Source: Methanobacteriota archaeon (GTDB taxonomy: Archaea; Thermoplasmatota; Poseidoniia; Poseidoniales; Poseidoniaceae). Taken from it: a stretch of DNA of 62,416 nucleotides. Position numbers and translations under genes: made by a program. The notes beneath the pieces are model-generated. The model had not been told where the DNA came from. It saw only the letters and a program-made list of their open reading frames with translations, and ran no database searches. The DNA lies in the NCBI GenBank assembly GCA_002699515.1, contig PAAW01000061.1, positions 1-62,416 of the forward strand. Reading direction: 5' to 3'. Of the stretch, positions 40,106 to 50,209 are shown in pieces; positions within the stretch are counted from its first letter, which is position 1; every line of letters starts with the position of its first letter.

Positions 40106-40749
40106 AATTTACAGCTTTTTTACCAATGAAATTAAACTCTGAAAGAGTTAAAGATAAAAATTTTATATTAATTAATAAAAAACCATTGTTTTTCTATATT
40201 TTAGATACTCTCCAATCAGTAAAGCACATAGATCAAATATTGATTGATGTTGATAGTGAAGTTGTAATAGATAAAGTCAAGGAGTATTTCGATAATGTTG
40301 ATTTCAAATTAAGGGAAGATAATTTGCTGGATCCCTCTGAGTCAGTTAATAAAATAATTGAATCTAATTTTCATCAAATTAACAATAACTTTATTTTTCA
40401 AACACACACTACCAATCCACTTTTAACAACAAATACAATTAACGAGGCATTAGAACTATATATGGAAAATAAAAACTCTTTATTTTCAGTTAATTCATTC
40501 CAATCAAGATTTTACGACCAAAGCCTTAATCCTATAAACCATAATCCAAACGAATTAATACCAACACAAAATTTAGATTTTATTTATGAGGAAAATTCAA
40601 ATTTTTATATTTTTTCCAAGGAAGATTTTATAGAAAATGGAAATAAAAGAATAGGGAATAAATCAGTTCACTATATTACAAAAAAATATGAATCAGTTGA
40701 TTTAGATACTGAAGAAGATTTGAAGTTATTAAGAAGAATTTTAGAGTAA
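40102..40749 (+). CDS. Second acylneuraminate/Kdo cytidylyltransferase-family protein
   Basis: FLPMK.NSERV.DKN, QTHTTNPL, SLFSV, NH.P..L..TQ.L, ENS.FYIF, DLDTEED. Confidence 0.85.
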   Translation: MKFTAFLPMKLNSERVKDKNFILINKKPLFFYILDTLQSVKHIDQILIDVDSEVVIDKVKEYFDNVDFKLREDNLLDPSESVNKIIESNFHQINNNFIFQTHTTNPLLTTNTINEALELYMENKNSLFSVNSFQSRFYDQSLNPINHNPNELIPTQNLDFIYEENSNFYIFSKEDFIENGNKRIGNKSVHYITKKYESVDLDTEEDLKLLRRILE

Positions 40750-41397
40750 TTATTCAGTCGCAAGCCTTGAAAGAACTCCTTGGTCAATTTGTATATGACC
40801 TCCATTAAACAACTTTTTGTGTTCTGTATTTATTGTAAAGATTAAATTGGCTACTTCTCTAGACTCAAACAACTCTCCACTAGGTAGTGATTTTTTTAGT
40901 TTTTCAACGTCTTTTACATTTTCTCTCAGTAAATTTGTATCTGTTGCTCCAAGTCTTAGAAAGTAATAATAGGAGTTATTTGCTGATGTTGAAAATGTCC
41001 TTATAGCTGATTCTAATGAAGATTTTGAAGATGCATATTCAATATTACTTTCATTTGATGCTTTGGAATGAACAGATGATAATCCGCAAACAATAGTCTC
41101 ATCGAAGTTTTTATTTGTATTTTTTATTATCTCAATAAATGAAAGAACATTTACATTAAATAAGTTAGAAATGTTTTCTGAATCTTGAATTCCAGCACAA
41201 TATGTGATGGAATCTATTTTATGGTCACCAATTGTATTTACTATTTCATCAACATTATTGATTACTCCTAAATCAATTACTTTGTCAGTAAATTCTGAAT
41301 CTTTTTTGTCAAAACCATAGACATCTAAATTTTCATTTCTATATATTTTATAAAGGTCATTTCCAACTCCTGATGCACTTCCAAATATAAAATTCAT
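40750..41397 (-). CDS. Short-chain dehydrogenase/reductase
   Basis: GSASGVG, CAG, VN, SSVH, YASSK, G..DT.L, G..I.ID.G. Confidence 0.85.
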   Translation of the reverse strand: MNFIFGSASGVGNDLYKIYRNENLDVYGFDKKDSEFTDKVIDLGVINNVDEIVNTIGDHKIDSITYCAGIQDSENISNLFNVNVLSFIEIIKNTNKNFDETIVCGLSSVHSKASNESNIEYASSKSSLESAIRTFSTSANNSYYYFLRLGATDTNLLRENVKDVEKLKKSLPSGELFESREVANLIFTINTEHKKLFNGGHIQIDQGVLSRLATE

Positions 41398-42318
41398 TTA
41401 GTCTCCCAATATTTCATCTAATTTATTTAAGATTACTTTATTCACTTCTTCATTTGCGTCAATTGTATTTGATGCATTATGAGATGTAAATAAGATATTT
41501 CCATTATTAAGAACTTCTTCTTTTAGTTTAGGTGGTTCTTTTTCATAAACATCTAAGCAAAGGCTTTTTAAGCTACCATCAGAAATCATTTCAATAATCT
41601 CACTTTCTTTAATTATTTCCCCTCTAGATACGTTAATTAATAATTCCAATAATTCTGCATGCTCTAAAGATTCTTTATTGATTGATCCCATGGTTGCTTC
41701 TGTTAATGGAGCACATACTATTAGTATTTCGGATTTTTTTATCACACTTTTAAGACTCATAAATGTTGCGCCTTGAATATTTAGATCATTTAGATCGGAA
41801 TATATAATTTCACAATTGAATGGTTTTAAAATCTTAGTTAAACTTTTTGCAATATCACCATAACCGTAAAAGCCTATGACTCTATTGAATAAAGATTTTC
41901 CATACGACTTATACCATATTTTTTCGTTCATTTTTTTATGATTAAGGGTTATTTTTCTATAACTGTCAATCATTAAGCCTAAGACAAACTCTGCTACATA
42001 TTTACCTAATATTTCTGGTGTATTGAAAACCTCTACACCATTTTTATTTGCAGATTCTATATCAATTTTATCTGTTCCAGACCCCCATTTGATTATATAT
42101 TCTAAATTTAAGCATTCCTTAAGGACTTTTTGGTCTATTTTGTCATCTCCAATTATACAAATAGAAGCCTCTTTTATTTGTTTTATCATTTCATCAGAAG
42201 TAAAACCCTGATTTTGAGGAAATTTTTCAGAATATTTCAATCCGTAATGTTTTGCCAAAAATTCAAATTCTTTTTTGTTTGAATTAGTTCGAGGACAAGT
42301 AGATATAATTTCTTTCAT
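41398..42318 (-). CDS. D-isomer-specific 2-hydroxyacid dehydrogenase (phosphoglycerate dehydrogenase-like)
   Basis: KWGSG.D.ID, NTP, VAE, G.YG.GDI, PLT..T, INVSRG, LDVYE.EP, TSHNAS. Confidence 0.88.
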   Translation of the reverse strand: MKEIISTCPRTNSNKKEFEFLAKHYGLKYSEKFPQNQGFTSDEMIKQIKEASICIIGDDKIDQKVLKECLNLEYIIKWGSGTDKIDIESANKNGVEVFNTPEILGKYVAEFVLGLMIDSYRKITLNHKKMNEKIWYKSYGKSLFNRVIGFYGYGDIAKSLTKILKPFNCEIIYSDLNDLNIQGATFMSLKSVIKKSEILIVCAPLTEATMGSINKESLEHAELLELLINVSRGEIIKESEIIEMISDGSLKSLCLDVYEKEPPKLKEEVLNNGNILFTSHNASNTIDANEEVNKVILNKLDEILGD

Positions 42319-42320
42319 AA

Positions 42321-43278
42321 TTAACCTATTATCTTTTTCTTTAGGAAATCAAAAAATGCATTAAAGCTAAGAAATTTATCCTTGTGATAATCTATATAGT
42401 TTTTGAATTTAATTTTTCTATAAAAGAAACGGTAACTTAATCCATAAAAATAACTAATAGTATTTTTTTTTAGTATATTTTTTGGTTTTATTTGGGTTTA
42501 GCTTTGTATCAAATTCTTCATTTTCTCCACAATGCAGACCTGTTCCATCAAAACCATAATTTTGAACGTGTGACATGGAAGGAAAAATTGATAAACCATT
42601 ATTTAAAAACATACCTTGATACCAATATGCATCCCAAATACTCCCTTCTCCTTGTTGATGTTTTACTATTATGTTTTCAAAGTCATATAAATTTGAAACA
42701 TTGAATTTTTTGATCATTGAAGGCGTTTTTTCTGATATGTAGTTTCTTTCATGAAATTGTCCATCTATAAATATTGCCCATCGATCTTCCCAAGTACCCC
42801 ATCCCCATGGTGACATATTGGAACTTACCGCAGTAGTAGATTTTAAATAAAAGAATTTAGGATGGCTATACCCATTAATATGCCATATGTTTTTTTTATC
42901 TTTATATACTTCAAGACAATTATTCATATAATCTAAGAAATTTTTACTAACAATCAAGTCATCCTCAAGAATAATTGTTTTTTTATGTTTATTTATTACT
43001 TCAGAAATGCCTTCAATGATATTATCTCTACAACCAAAGTTTCTATCTCTTACTATTACTTCTTTCTCTTTGAAGCCCCAATTTTTTTGGGCGATCTCGA
43101 TAGTTTTGTTGTAATTTGTAATGTTTGTTTTTTCGTTTTTTCCATCGATGTAAAAATATACTGATGAATCTCTTGACTCTTTATTTTTTACTAATGATTC
43201 TAAAAGATTATTTAAGTGGTCAGGCCTATCATAGCCAAAAATAGTTATAGGAGATAATTTTGAATTATTCATTAACAA
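42321..43278 (-). pseudogene. GT2-type sugar transferase, frameshifted at an A9 tract (274 aa as read; 318 aa with A8)
   Basis: PI..F.Y.RP.H, YIDG, N.G, IILEDD, WGWGTW..RW, WD, N.GFDG.G.H; stop at 42454 just after T9 (42463-42471); the shifted frame stays open to TAA 42321-42323. Confidence 0.7.
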
Positions 43279-43308
43279 TAATTATTTTATATCAATATTA
43301 TTTAATAC

Positions 43309-44655
43309 TTAACAACTATATTTAATTATTTCCACTCTTTTATAAGTTGACTTTATTTCTTGATTAATTGTGCAATTATCAATTAAAGCTTCCTCGAAAT
43401 AAGAACATTGCATATCATCGTTTATAAAGAAAAAATCCTTAGTTTTTAATTCACTGAAATTACTTATATGAGTAACTTCATTTTTGGTATTGTTGAGATT
43501 ATTAAAAGTTAAAGCGCCTTCTGAGCCACAATAGAAAATTTCTTCATCTAATAAAACATTGTCCAATGAAGTGTATACATCATTTAGGTCTGACCATCTT
43601 TCTATTCTTGGTATAAAAAACAAATATAAACTTAGTAATGAAAAAATTAATAAAACAGGTGTAACTAAATTTAAGAAAACTTTGAAATTTAGCACTCTAA
43701 TTATTTGTTCAATATTATAAGGAATTAATAATGCTATAAAAAAGGCATAAAATGACATAAGGTAACCATACGTTTCCCAATTAATATATAAGAATATTAA
43801 AGCTAATCCGGATCCACAAATTCCAAAAATTAAATATTTAGTTTCTTTATCTTTTTCTGTAATGGTTAATAATAAAGAAAGAAAAATAAAAAATAAAAAG
43901 AATATATTTTGAACTTGAAGAATATTATCTAAGATATTTTCTGCGGTGCTGTTCACATTGTAGTAATGACTGTTTTGAAAAAAAATAACATAACCTTGAA
44001 GTAAAATACCAAGAATAAATCCAGAAAGAACAAAATACCCCTCTATGCTTCTTTTTAATAAAAAATAAAACAAAAAGAATATGAAGAAAATTGATCCTTG
44101 CAATTTAACAAGAGGTATCGCTAATGACAAAAGAAACAAAGTTAAAAAATATTTTTTATTTAAAGTAGTATTTTTATTTATCTTTTGTAGAAGAATTAAA
44201 AAAATCAAGAAAGAAAATTTTTCTTGCAAGCTTGGTAAGAAGAACATATCTGTTGTGTATGGATATATTAAAAAAATAAGTAACGAACTGAGGTAATTAA
44301 TTCTTAATTTTTCTTTAAAAATAATGTATGAATAATAATGAATCACGAGTATCAATAAAATATTTGGAATAAAAGTAAACATTTTGCCAAAAGTTATTCC
44401 TGGGAGATATTGAAATAAATACTGCAAGAAAAGGAAAGGCTGAATCATTCCTATTTCTCTAATTCTATATTTTTGATCATCAATATAAGTTCTCGGATCG
44501 TTTAAAAACTCTTTTGTACTTTCTATCCATCTATAATCATCCATTAAACCCCAAGGAACGTCATAAAATATAAATAAACTAGAGAAGATAAAAAAAGAAC
44601 TTATTAACGTTCCCCGTTCTTTATTTATTTTTAAGGAGTATTTCATGTGCATCAA
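43309..44655 (-). CDS. Multi-pass membrane protein, GT-C-like (putative)
   Basis: LMDDY in the loop after TM1 (acidic pair typical of GT-C), about 10 hydrophobic segments, soluble C-terminus; start may be ATG 44652 or 44646. Confidence 0.55.
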   Translation of the reverse strand: MMHMKYSLKINKERGTLISSFFIFSSLFIFYDVPWGLMDDYRWIESTKEFLNDPRTYIDDQKYRIREIGMIQPFLFLQYLFQYLPGITFGKMFTFIPNILLILVIHYYSYIIFKEKLRINYLSSLLIFLIYPYTTDMFFLPSLQEKFSFLIFLILLQKINKNTTLNKKYFLTLFLLSLAIPLVKLQGSIFFIFFLFYFLLKRSIEGYFVLSGFILGILLQGYVIFFQNSHYYNVNSTAENILDNILQVQNIFFLFFIFLSLLLTITEKDKETKYLIFGICGSGLALIFLYINWETYGYLMSFYAFFIALLIPYNIEQIIRVLNFKVFLNLVTPVLLIFSLLSLYLFFIPRIERWSDLNDVYTSLDNVLLDEEIFYCGSEGALTFNNLNNTKNEVTHISNFSELKTKDFFFINDDMQCSYFEEALIDNCTINQEIKSTYKRVEIIKYSC

Positions 44656-45541
44656 TTAAATTATTGTAATTGTATTCTTTTTTATTTTTTTCAAGACAAT
44701 CTAGATATTTAATCATCTGCTCCTTAGCAGGATTTAATGCTGGACTATTTATTGTTTTTTCATTATAGTTTTGCACTAACTCATTGTTAATTAAGCTACT
44801 CTTCTGATTTTGCTTTATAATCGTTACTTCTTTTTTTATTAAGTCAATTTTAATTTGTTCGTTTGTCGTAAATATTTTCCAGGTTCTAATCTTTTTTTGA
44901 CCAAGTCTTGAACTTGTGAAGTTAAAAATAAAATTGTCTGAAGTTAATCTTAAGTTATTTAATTCATAATATCCTTCATTATTTTTTATTAAATTGACTG
45001 AGTTGCATGAAGAAATTTCATTTTTTTCAATAAAAAATTCTAAGGCAACACTTAAATCATGTATTGTAAGATCAAAATCTACATGATCTTTAATTCTTTC
45101 TTTGTCTACTTTAGGAGAAATTCTTTCAACTTGAACATAATGTGGATCTGCAGTAATGTTTTCTTTGGCAATTGAAAAAAGTACATTATGCGTTTCAATA
45201 AAACCACAAAAAATATTTTTTTGATTCATTTTTTTAAATTTATCAAGCTCTTTTAAGTTATTGACTAAAGGTTTTTCAATAAATACAGTTTTTTTATATT
45301 TAATGATTTTATTTAAGTATTCTAAGTGACTATCACTATGTGTAGAAATAATTATTCCAGTGTATTCATTTATATCTTCTATCTCATCAATATTGATTTG
45401 GTTGTAATTTTGCTTTCCTATCTTCTTATCTTCGATATCAACTACATCAAAAAAAACATCATTTAATAAGTCAGATAAAATTTCTGAATGAAGCCTCCCC
45501 ATATTGCCGTATCCAATTATTAAAAATTTTTTTTTATTCAT
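44621..45541 (-). CDS. Gfo/Idh/MocA family oxidoreductase (WbpB-like)
   Basis: IIGYGNMGRLH, H, FIEKP, DL.IHD. Confidence 0.85.
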   Translation of the reverse strand: MNKKKFLIIGYGNMGRLHSEILSDLLNDVFFDVVDIEDKKIGKQNYNQINIDEIEDINEYTGIIISTHSDSHLEYLNKIIKYKKTVFIEKPLVNNLKELDKFKKMNQKNIFCGFIETHNVLFSIAKENITADPHYVQVERISPKVDKERIKDHVDFDLTIHDLSVALEFFIEKNEISSCNSVNLIKNNEGYYELNNLRLTSDNFIFNFTSSRLGQKKIRTWKIFTTNEQIKIDLIKKEVTIIKQNQKSSLINNELVQNYNEKTINSPALNPAKEQMIKYLDCLEKNKKEYNYNNLIDAHEILLKNK

Positions 45542-46632
45542 ATCTCATTAAGTATATTTAATATTCTAGATAGTTTTTTATCATCAATATTGCCATGACA
45601 GGGAAGTGTTATTATATTTTCTTTTATATATTGGGTATTAGGAAAGTCTTGCTTTTTTTGAGTAAGCATTGATATTGGAAATTCATATAAACCATATGGA
45701 TAATAGCTTCCATAACTTATATTATTTTTCTCTAATATTTTCTTTGTTTTATTTAGATTCTTTGAATTTTTAACACTTAAAGGCACTACATTCATTGGTT
45801 GGTTTTCTTGAGAATAGATTCTATATTTATCTCTATCAATATTTTTATGGTATTTTTTGTTATTTTTAATCCTTTTATTCAAAGAGTTTTTAATTGAAGC
45901 TAATTTCAAATTTAGTATTGATGCTTGCACAGAATCTAATCTAGAGTTATAGCCAACATATTCGTGGTAATAATTCTCTTTAAGTCCGTGATTCCTCAAA
46001 GACATAATAGTTTTTAAGTATCCTTTCTTTTTAAAAGTAATAGATCCTCCGTCTCCAAACCCTCCTAAATTTTTTGTAGGATAAAATGAGAAACACCCAA
46101 ACTCACCAATACTTCCTAAGTAATTTTCTTTATATTTCGAACCAAAAGCCTGGGCAACATCTTCAATAATTTTTATATTTGTTTTCCTTGTCAATTTTTT
46201 TATTTCATCCATACTTGCAGAATTACCAAATAGATGAACAGCTATTATTACCTTTGTCTTATTACTAATTAGTTTCTTTAAATGGTCTATATCTAAAGTT
46301 AAATCATTTAAATTTATGTCACAATATATTGGTTGGGCACCTAATTTTAGAATGACTTCAGATGTTGCAAAGAAAGAGAACCCTGGAACAATTACTTCAT
46401 CACCTTCTTTTACGCCTAGAGTTTTTAATCCTATTTCAAGTGAATCTGTTCCAGAATTTAAACCTAGAGAATATTTTACATTTAAAAACTTAGAAAAATT
46501 ATTTTCAAAATCTCTTACTTTTTTTCCTAAAACAAAGTTTTTATTTTTTATTATATCTTTTACTTCTATAATATATTTTTTTTTAATATCTTCAGATACT
46601 GATAAATCAAATAAGTCTATTGATTCTTTCAT
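45538..46632 (-). CDS. DegT/DnrJ/EryC1/StrS aminotransferase (WbpE/FdtB-like)
   Basis: NSGTDSL, VHLFG, IEDVAQAFG, FSFYPTKNLG.FGDGG, GYNSRLD. Confidence 0.92.
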   Translation of the reverse strand: MKESIDLFDLSVSEDIKKKYIIEVKDIIKNKNFVLGKKVRDFENNFSKFLNVKYSLGLNSGTDSLEIGLKTLGVKEGDEVIVPGFSFFATSEVILKLGAQPIYCDINLNDLTLDIDHLKKLISNKTKVIIAVHLFGNSASMDEIKKLTRKTNIKIIEDVAQAFGSKYKENYLGSIGEFGCFSFYPTKNLGGFGDGGSITFKKKGYLKTIMSLRNHGLKENYYHEYVGYNSRLDSVQASILNLKLASIKNSLNKRIKNNKKYHKNIDRDKYRIYSQENQPMNVVPLSVKNSKNLNKTKKILEKNNISYGSYYPYGLYEFPISMLTQKKQDFPNTQYIKENIITLPCHGNIDDKKLSRILNILNEI

Positions 46633-46637
46633 TTCAA

Positions 46638-47720
46638 CTACGAGTGATTTGATATAAGATTTGAAATTGTTTCAATCTCTTCTTTTGTCAGAGCATTAGA
46701 AGATGGGAGCCATAAAATATTTTCTGATATTTTTTCAGAATGACTTAAATCAGTTTTTTCTACTTCTTTTAGGTAATTTTGGAAACTTAAAGCAGGGTAA
46801 CAATCTCTAGTTTCAATATTATTTTTTGATAAGTGCTCTTTTATTTCTTCTTTATATTCTTTGCTGCTACAAACTATATCAAAGAACCAAGGCACTTCAT
46901 CCTCATGAAAATCTATAAAAGATATTTCTTTATTATTTATATTTTTACGGTAAATCTCCAAATTCTTTCTTTTATTTTCAATGAACATGTTTAATTTACT
47001 AAATTGAGATAAGCCCAGCGAAGATTGAATGTCTGTTATTTTAAAATTAAGACCAAAACCATCATGCCAATCTTGCTTATCTTTTGACCTGTTAAAAGTT
47101 TTGAGATTAAATATATTATTATTAAATTCATCGTTATCCGTAAGTATCATTCCGCCTTGACCCATAGTTATAATTTTATGGGGTGTAAATGAAAATATAC
47201 TTAGGTCTCCAAGAAAACCACACTTTTTAGATTTATAATTTGACCCAAGAGCGTGTGCTGAATCTTCAATAAGTAATATATTGTTTTCTCTACACAATTC
47301 TTCAATCTTTTCACCATCACCGGTTCTCCCATTTAGGGGCACAAATATTAACGCATCAAGATCATTAAATTCTTTTAACTGTTCATAAGATAAACATAAA
47401 CTTTCATCAACATCTATAAGCACTGGTTCAGCATCAGCCCAAATAATGGCATTGATAGTTGCGATCATTGTAAGATTCGGAACGCCTACTTTCTTGCCTT
47501 TTCCAATACCTGAAGCGAGTAAAGCTAGATAGATTGCAATTGTTCCATTTGGAACAGCATGTGAGTACCTTCTTCCAATAAAGTCTTTTATATTTTTTTC
47601 TAATTCTTGAGTAATCTTATGTTCAGTTAACCAACCACCTGAGTTTAAATAATCAACTACACTTTTTATGTCTGAGTCATCAATGGAAGGCTCAACTTGA
47701 AATATTCTATTTTGTTTCAA
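46638..47720 (-). CDS. DegT family aminotransferase (perosamine synthase-like)
   Basis: NGT.A..LAL, IEDSAHALG, FSFTPHKIIT.GQGG, G.NFK.TD.Q, LPSS. Confidence 0.88.
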   Translation of the reverse strand: MKQNRIFQVEPSIDDSDIKSVVDYLNSGGWLTEHKITQELEKNIKDFIGRRYSHAVPNGTIAIYLALLASGIGKGKKVGVPNLTMIATINAIIWADAEPVLIDVDESLCLSYEQLKEFNDLDALIFVPLNGRTGDGEKIEELCRENNILLIEDSAHALGSNYKSKKCGFLGDLSIFSFTPHKIITMGQGGMILTDNDEFNNNIFNLKTFNRSKDKQDWHDGFGLNFKITDIQSSLGLSQFSKLNMFIENKRKNLEIYRKNINNKEISFIDFHEDEVPWFFDIVCSSKEYKEEIKEHLSKNNIETRDCYPALSFQNYLKEVEKTDLSHSEKISENILWLPSSNALTKEEIETISNLISNHS

Positions 47721-48129
47721 TTCTTACCCTGTCTATTTCTGGACCAAAATATGGGCCATTTTTAGTTTCGACAACAATTGAATCTTCATTTATTAGATAT
47801 TCATGAGCCCCATTAAATTGAACTATCATCTCATTTTTACATACAGTAACTTTTTTAATTAAGTCACCATCCTCTGTATAAAGACTACATTCAATTTTTC
47901 CTTTTAAAACAATAACAGCTTCATTAGTTTTAAAAGCTTCTCTGCCGAATTCATTATGATAGTGTGCCGGTAATGTTTTTCCTTTTTCATAATTCCACAC
48001 ACCAACTTGCATAAAGTTTTCATCGTCAGTGTAGAAGCTTAAGCCATCTTTGGAGAGCAAAGGCCTTATGATTGAAGCTATTAATTCACCATCATGATAA
48101 ATTTTTTCATGCTCGTTCTTTTTTTCCAT
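47707..48129 (-). CDS. WbuC-like cupin-fold metalloprotein
   Basis: AHYH, E...V.KG.I, GAH, E.K.GPY. Confidence 0.7.
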   Translation of the reverse strand: MEKKNEHEKIYHDGELIASIIRPLLSKDGLSFYTDDENFMQVGVWNYEKGKTLPAHYHNEFGREAFKTNEAVIVLKGKIECSLYTEDGDLIKKVTVCKNEMIVQFNGAHEYLINEDSIVVETKNGPYFGPEIDRVRIETK

Positions 48130-49048
48130 TATTAAAGTACCACTCTACAGTTAATTTTATCCCAGTGTCTAAAGAAACGGAAGGTTTCCAATCTAATAAT
48201 TCTTCACCAACTTTTCCGTTAACAGTTTTCTCTAACACACCATCCGGCTTGTTAGTATTATATATAAAACTCCCATCCCAGTCAGCATGAAAAGCAATTA
48301 TTTCAGCAAGCTCTTTTATGGATATTCCTTTACCTACTCCAATATTAAAAAAGAAACTATCTTCGGTTAACTTTAAAGCTTTAATTAAAGCATTTGCACC
48401 ATCTTCTACAAACAGCCATTCTCTTATTGGTTTTCCTGTTCCCCAAATTTCAACATCTTTTAAATTATTTCTTTTTGCGTCGCAAATTTTCTTCACCAAC
48501 GCACCAAGAGCGTGAGATCTAGATTCATCAAAATGATCATTTGGTCCATACATATTTGAAAGAACTATATTTGCAGATGAGAAATTATATTGATTTTTGT
48601 AGCTTTCACCAAGAGCAACCATATGTCTTTTCGAAAGGCCATAATTAAATACAGATTCATGAGGAGCCCCATCCCAAAATTTTTCCTCTTCGTAATAATT
48701 AATATTTGAAGGGTAAGCACAATTTGAGATTGGATTCACTAAAAGGTTGACGCCACTTTGCATTGAAGCTCTATATAAATTATTTGCAAAGGTTGTATTT
48801 ATTTCTAATAATTCAGCTGGGAAATCATACCCAAAAGCAATGCCTCCTACAAAAGCAGAGCAGTTAATAACAAAATTAAAGTTATTATCTTTAAAGTAAG
48901 AATACACTTTATCATAATTTCTTAGATCAAGCTGATCTTTGCCAGTGATTTCATATAGTTCAAAAATATTTTCTTTCTCAATAATATTTTTGACTGAGTT
49001 TCCCAAAAAACCATTTGTTCCTACAACTAATAATTTATTTTTTTCCAT
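48107..49048 (-). CDS. GDP-fucose synthase-like epimerase/reductase (divergent paralogue)
   Basis: G..GFLG, AFVGGI, SNCAYP, YGLSKR, NMYGP.D.F...SH.L.AL, WGTG.P.REW, KPDG. Confidence 0.85.
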   Translation of the reverse strand: MEKNKLLVVGTNGFLGNSVKNIIEKENIFELYEITGKDQLDLRNYDKVYSYFKDNNFNFVINCSAFVGGIAFGYDFPAELLEINTTFANNLYRASMQSGVNLLVNPISNCAYPSNINYYEEEKFWDGAPHESVFNYGLSKRHMVALGESYKNQYNFSSANIVLSNMYGPNDHFDESRSHALGALVKKICDAKRNNLKDVEIWGTGKPIREWLFVEDGANALIKALKLTEDSFFFNIGVGKGISIKELAEIIAFHADWDGSFIYNTNKPDGVLEKTVNGKVGEELLDWKPSVSLDTGIKLTVEWYFNNGKKERA

Positions 49049-49067
49049 TAGCTTTAATTATATTAAG

Positions 49068-50105
49068 TTAATTTACAACCGGGTTTTCCCAGGTAGGGCT
49101 AATTAGGCTCTCTTTTAATAAAGTAGCTTCTTTTTTTGCTTGATTTATATCATGTTCTACCATTTTTTGAACAAGTTGATCAAAGCTAACTTCTGGTTTC
49201 CATTTTAAATTTTTTCGTGCTTTCGAAGGATCTCCTAATAAATATCCAACTTCATTTGGTCTGAAATATTTTTCTGACGTAGTCACATAATCTTCCCAAT
49301 TTAAATTAACCGCACTGAATGCTTTTTCAGCAAATTCTTTTACTGTGTATGTTTCCCCAGTTGCAACTACCCAATCATCTGGATTTTTATATTGCATCAT
49401 AAGATACATTGCTTGTACATAATCACCAGCAAATCCCCAATCTCTTGAAGCATCTAAGTTTCCTAATGTAAGTTTACTTTGAATTCCCATTGCTATTCTT
49501 CCTACAGCTTTTGTTATTTTTCTTGTTACAAAAGTTTCACCTCTTAAGGGAGATTCATGGTTAAAAAGAATTCCATTTACAGCAAAAAGATTATAGGTTT
49601 CTCTATATAATTTAGTTACGTTATGTGCAAAAACTTTTGAAGCAGCATAAGGGCTCTTTGGATTAAATGGAGATTCTTCATTAAGAGATCCAATAAAATC
49701 TCCACCATACATTTCAGACGAAGAAGCCTGGTAAAACTTTACTTCCTTATCTAAATACCTAACACTTTCTAAAAGAGTTATGGATCCCAATGTACCGGTT
49801 TGAGTTGTAAAAATTGGGTTCTTGAATGACACAGCAACATGTGATTGTGCAGCTAAATTGTATATTTCGTCAGGTTGTATGTTGGTAATAAGGTTTGATA
49901 AAGAAGAAGAATCAAGGAGGTCAGAGTAATGAAGATTTAGCCTTCCACTTGATTCATGTTCTGCAATTATGTCGTCTATTCTTGAAGTATTTATTGATGA
50001 AGATCTTCTGATAGTACCATGTACTTCATATCCTTTATCAATTAAAAGTCTTGATAGATATGAACCATCTTGTCCGCTAATACCAGTTACTATTGCTTTT
50101 TTCAT
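49068..50105 (-). CDS. gmd: GDP-mannose 4,6-dehydratase
   Basis: TGISGQDGSYL, RRSS, YNLAAQSHV.VSF, YQASSSEM, SPYAASK, NGILFNHESP.RGETFVTRKI, GNLDA.RDWG.A. Confidence 0.95.
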   Translation of the reverse strand: MKKAIVTGISGQDGSYLSRLLIDKGYEVHGTIRRSSSINTSRIDDIIAEHESSGRLNLHYSDLLDSSSLSNLITNIQPDEIYNLAAQSHVAVSFKNPIFTTQTGTLGSITLLESVRYLDKEVKFYQASSSEMYGGDFIGSLNEESPFNPKSPYAASKVFAHNVTKLYRETYNLFAVNGILFNHESPLRGETFVTRKITKAVGRIAMGIQSKLTLGNLDASRDWGFAGDYVQAMYLMMQYKNPDDWVVATGETYTVKEFAEKAFSAVNLNWEDYVTTSEKYFRPNEVGYLLGDPSKARKNLKWKPEVSFDQLVQKMVEHDINQAKKEATLLKESLISPTWENPVVN

Positions 50106-50209
50106 CTGTTAATAATACATAATAGCTAGAAAACATTTTATTTTATATTAATTTTATTTGGTATAAAGAATTTTGTAATTTTGATTTAATAACTCTGTAG
50201 GATAAAAGT

